A stretch of DNA of 64,000 nt from Convolutriloba macropyga. Lineage: Eukaryota. Position 1 is the stretch's first letter; each line of letters starts with the position of its first letter. The position numbers and the translations under genes are program-made. The stretch covers positions 42,656,001 to 42,720,000 of the forward strand of contig NC_134482.1 in NCBI RefSeq assembly GCF_964194025.1, written 5' to 3'. This document shows positions 61,869-64,000 of the stretch, one piece after another. The notes below the pieces were generated by a model. That model was not told where the DNA came from and did no database searches. It saw only the letters and a list, made by a program, of their open reading frames with translations.

Positions 61869-62124
61869 TTTTATTAGTAAAACGACTTTCTATTTCTTTC
61901 ATTATATCTTTATGAAAAAAATCAAAATGCATCTCTAGTCTTGCTGGTTCTTTATTGTCAAGCAATTTACTTTCTAAGAGTATAGCTATCATATATTTTA
62001 TAACAATCCTTATCATTGATACGTGATTTTCTTTTAAACCTCTCCATATACCAACACATGCTTCACCTAATTGAATATTAGCAATTGTCTGATAAAACTT
62101 TTTGTTATCCAATTCTAGTTTCAA
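61825..62124 (-). CDS. Unknown small Polinton ORF (fragment)
   Basis: 99-aa ORF, co-oriented and overlapping the neighbouring Polinton genes. No motif recognised. Confidence 0.3.
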   Translation of the reverse strand: MKLELDNKKFYQTIANIQLGEACVGIWRGLKENHVSMIRIVIKYMIAILLESKLLDNKEPARLEMHFDFFHKDIMKEIESRFTNKNESTNSTESEITFS

Positions 62125-62619
62125 TTCATTATATTTAGATATGGTATCAGCGGAATCTTTGTTGCCAAATCGAACAAAATTAGTTTCAATTTCAGTTATC
62201 TTATTGGCTAATGTGGTTAAATTATGGCTAATGTGGCTAATGTGGTTGAGTTAAGAGAAACTAGTTTAACAGTCTGATCATCAATACATACAGAGCCACC
62301 ATTTGTTGTAGATGATTAGAGTCGAATAATGTTTGCATTTACTTGACCTGTTGTAATTTTTTCAAATTCACCTTTTCTTAATCAGTTATTTTATTACTTT
62401 ATATATCTGTCTCACTATTAGATGATAATAAGTTATTATCACAATATTCTTTATTAACATCATCTTTCATATCAGTGGGTGGATATAAGACTTTGATTAT
62501 CTACTCTTTTTTCATATCAGTATTATAATCATCTTCTAAGAATAATTGATGAGCTTTACTAATTGTTAGATGGTTGGGCGAACTGAGTGTTGTTTTTGTA
62601 GTTTGTTGTTTGGCTAAAT

Positions 62620-63514
62620 CTATTTCTTTTCATTATTTACATTGAGAAAGATATATTTCGTAGCTGACCATAGGTCTATTCCAAGTGATTCTAAAACTTT
62701 GTTATTAGATTCTAAATCAAACTCGGATTTTAATAGTTCCTGTTCATAATATTTACCTTCTATTATCTCTCCATTTATATCTTCCATCTTATATGTTGGT
62801 GGTTGATTTTTTAAAAATTCATTAACTTTAAATTCTCTATTCCAATTAGAAGTGTAACGTTTAGAGAAAATGTTACGTTTGTCAGTATTCCTGATATAAT
62901 CACCGACTTTAAGTTTTGGTTTAATATTCCTAAATTTAAATGAGTATCTGACTTTATCAGGATTATTAGAAGCATCAACGGATGTCTTAATAAATGTTGA
63001 ATGAATTTTATTGTTGTATGTTATTTCTGTATCATTTATTATATTTACCCCATTACAATCACCATTGATGAACATTGGTTTATTAATTATATGTAATAAT
63101 GTTCTATTGAATCTCTCTATAAACACAGCCTTTAAATCACTATAAGTAGAAAATAATTTTGTTTCACATTCTTTAAGTAGAGATTCAAATGTTTTTTGTA
63201 ACACTCACTACCTCTATCTAGCCATAATTTTTTCGGTTTTCTACCCTCTGACAAAATTGATTTAAAACCGTTTGTTATAGATACACTAGATTTATTCTTC
63301 AATGGAACAAGCCATGCACATTTGGTGAATATATCTATAACTGTTAATATAAACTTATAAATATTATTGTATTTACTTAGAGATGACTTATCAATAAAAT
63401 CAGATGACCATGTTTCATCTTTATAGAATGTATTATTCTTTCTCTTCTAAACTTTGTTATTTGAGGACTGAATTTTTCTTTAGCTAGGAATTGTCGTTTA
63501 GCATTAGTTTGGTC

Positions 63515-63550
<36 letters not shown>

Positions 63551-63559
63551 TTCCTTCAT
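62620..63559 (-). pseudogene. Polinton/Maverick rve (c-) integrase, frameshifted
   Basis: KFRRERI..ETWSSDLID..YKFILTVIDIFTKCAWLVPLKNKS..KPKKLWLDRGSE..IERFNRTL..YNNKIHST..KLKVGD.IR...RNIFSKRYTSNW..PPTYKMEDINGEIIEGKYYEQELL. Confidence 0.88.
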
Positions 63560-64000
63560 TATTTATTTACCATAATTAGAAGCAAAATTGTCCAGTTGTT
63601 CTTGATTATCAATACTCATAAGTAATAGTTGCTTAGCATTTCATCATGTAATACATCATGCCCAGCTTTTGGTTTCTAGTATAAGTAGTTCTAATCTCTC
63701 TGTTAAGTTGTTGGTATCGGCTTTGCTAAGAACACTAGCTTCAACTTCTTCGCCACTCTCGTAAACAGTTATTTCACTAGTATAATCAACTGTGTGGTGG
63801 CGTGGATTTCTTCCCGGTAAGGCAAGACTAGTTTCTATTCTTCTAATAAGTTTCACTCTATTACTTTTAATATCTCCTCTTTTTCTATTGTAGTTGATAT
63901 CACTTAGAAACAATCTTATTTTATTCTCTTCACCTCCTATATCTTTTTGGGTTACATCTTTATTACTAACAAACATAGTGATACCCCTAGAAAAATCATA
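63560..64000 (-). pseudogene. Conserved Polinton ORF upstream of the integrase (partial)
   Basis: DTNNLTERLELLILETK(AG) resembles the DPNELVDRL.LL..SK.AG motif recalled from Maverick ORFs. Confidence 0.5.

Larger units (their letters stand above)
56627..64000. mobile_element. Decayed Polinton/Maverick (adintovirus-like) provirus fragment, continuing off the right edge
   Basis: Very AT-rich, gene-dense block: major capsid fragments (+), small CxxC/amphipathic ORF (+), TM-hairpin ORF (-), rve integrase (-) and an LxERLELLI.E.KAG ORF (-). No TIR or polB seen in the window. Confidence 0.85.

Overview
AT-rich eukaryotic (invertebrate-animal-like) nuclear DNA with five N-runs. The taxon cannot be fixed from sequence alone. 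The left 36 kb carries four co-oriented + strand housekeeping genes whose exons I joined by hand with frame-consistent GT-AG junctions: a NIFK/Nop15-like RRM protein (single coding exon), TIM44 (2 exons), MRPL28 (2 exons) and PQBP1 (6 exons). A C2HC zinc-finger ORF fragment runs off the left edge on the - strand. The rest is transposon-derived: a 5'-truncated CRE-like RLE retrotransposon with a 58-bp flanking direct repeat, a CR1/L2-type LINE in PQBP1 intron 1, a full-length but decayed Ty3/Gypsy element (39264-44351, GTTTT TSD), an older Gypsy pol relic, about seven Helentron-type non-autonomous elements, Merlin-like and CACTA-like MITEs, a 137-142 bp satellite, and a decayed Polinton/Maverick (adintovirus-like) provirus fragment from 56627 to the window end whose major-capsid segment is tandemly triplicated. 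The most interesting observations are: (1) all four genes have a 3' splice acceptor 5-18 nt before the ATG, with TIM44 and MRPL28 only about 0.5 kb apart, which would fit SL trans-splicing or an operon; (2) 5 of 7 splice donors have T at +3 (GTTAGT-type); (3) PQBP1 has an in-frame cassette-like exon encoding a C4 zinc ribbon; (4) the capsid-fragment array; (5) co-varying subterminal repeats and tRNA-like cargo in the Helentron-type elements. All family assignments come from motif recall, not database searches.
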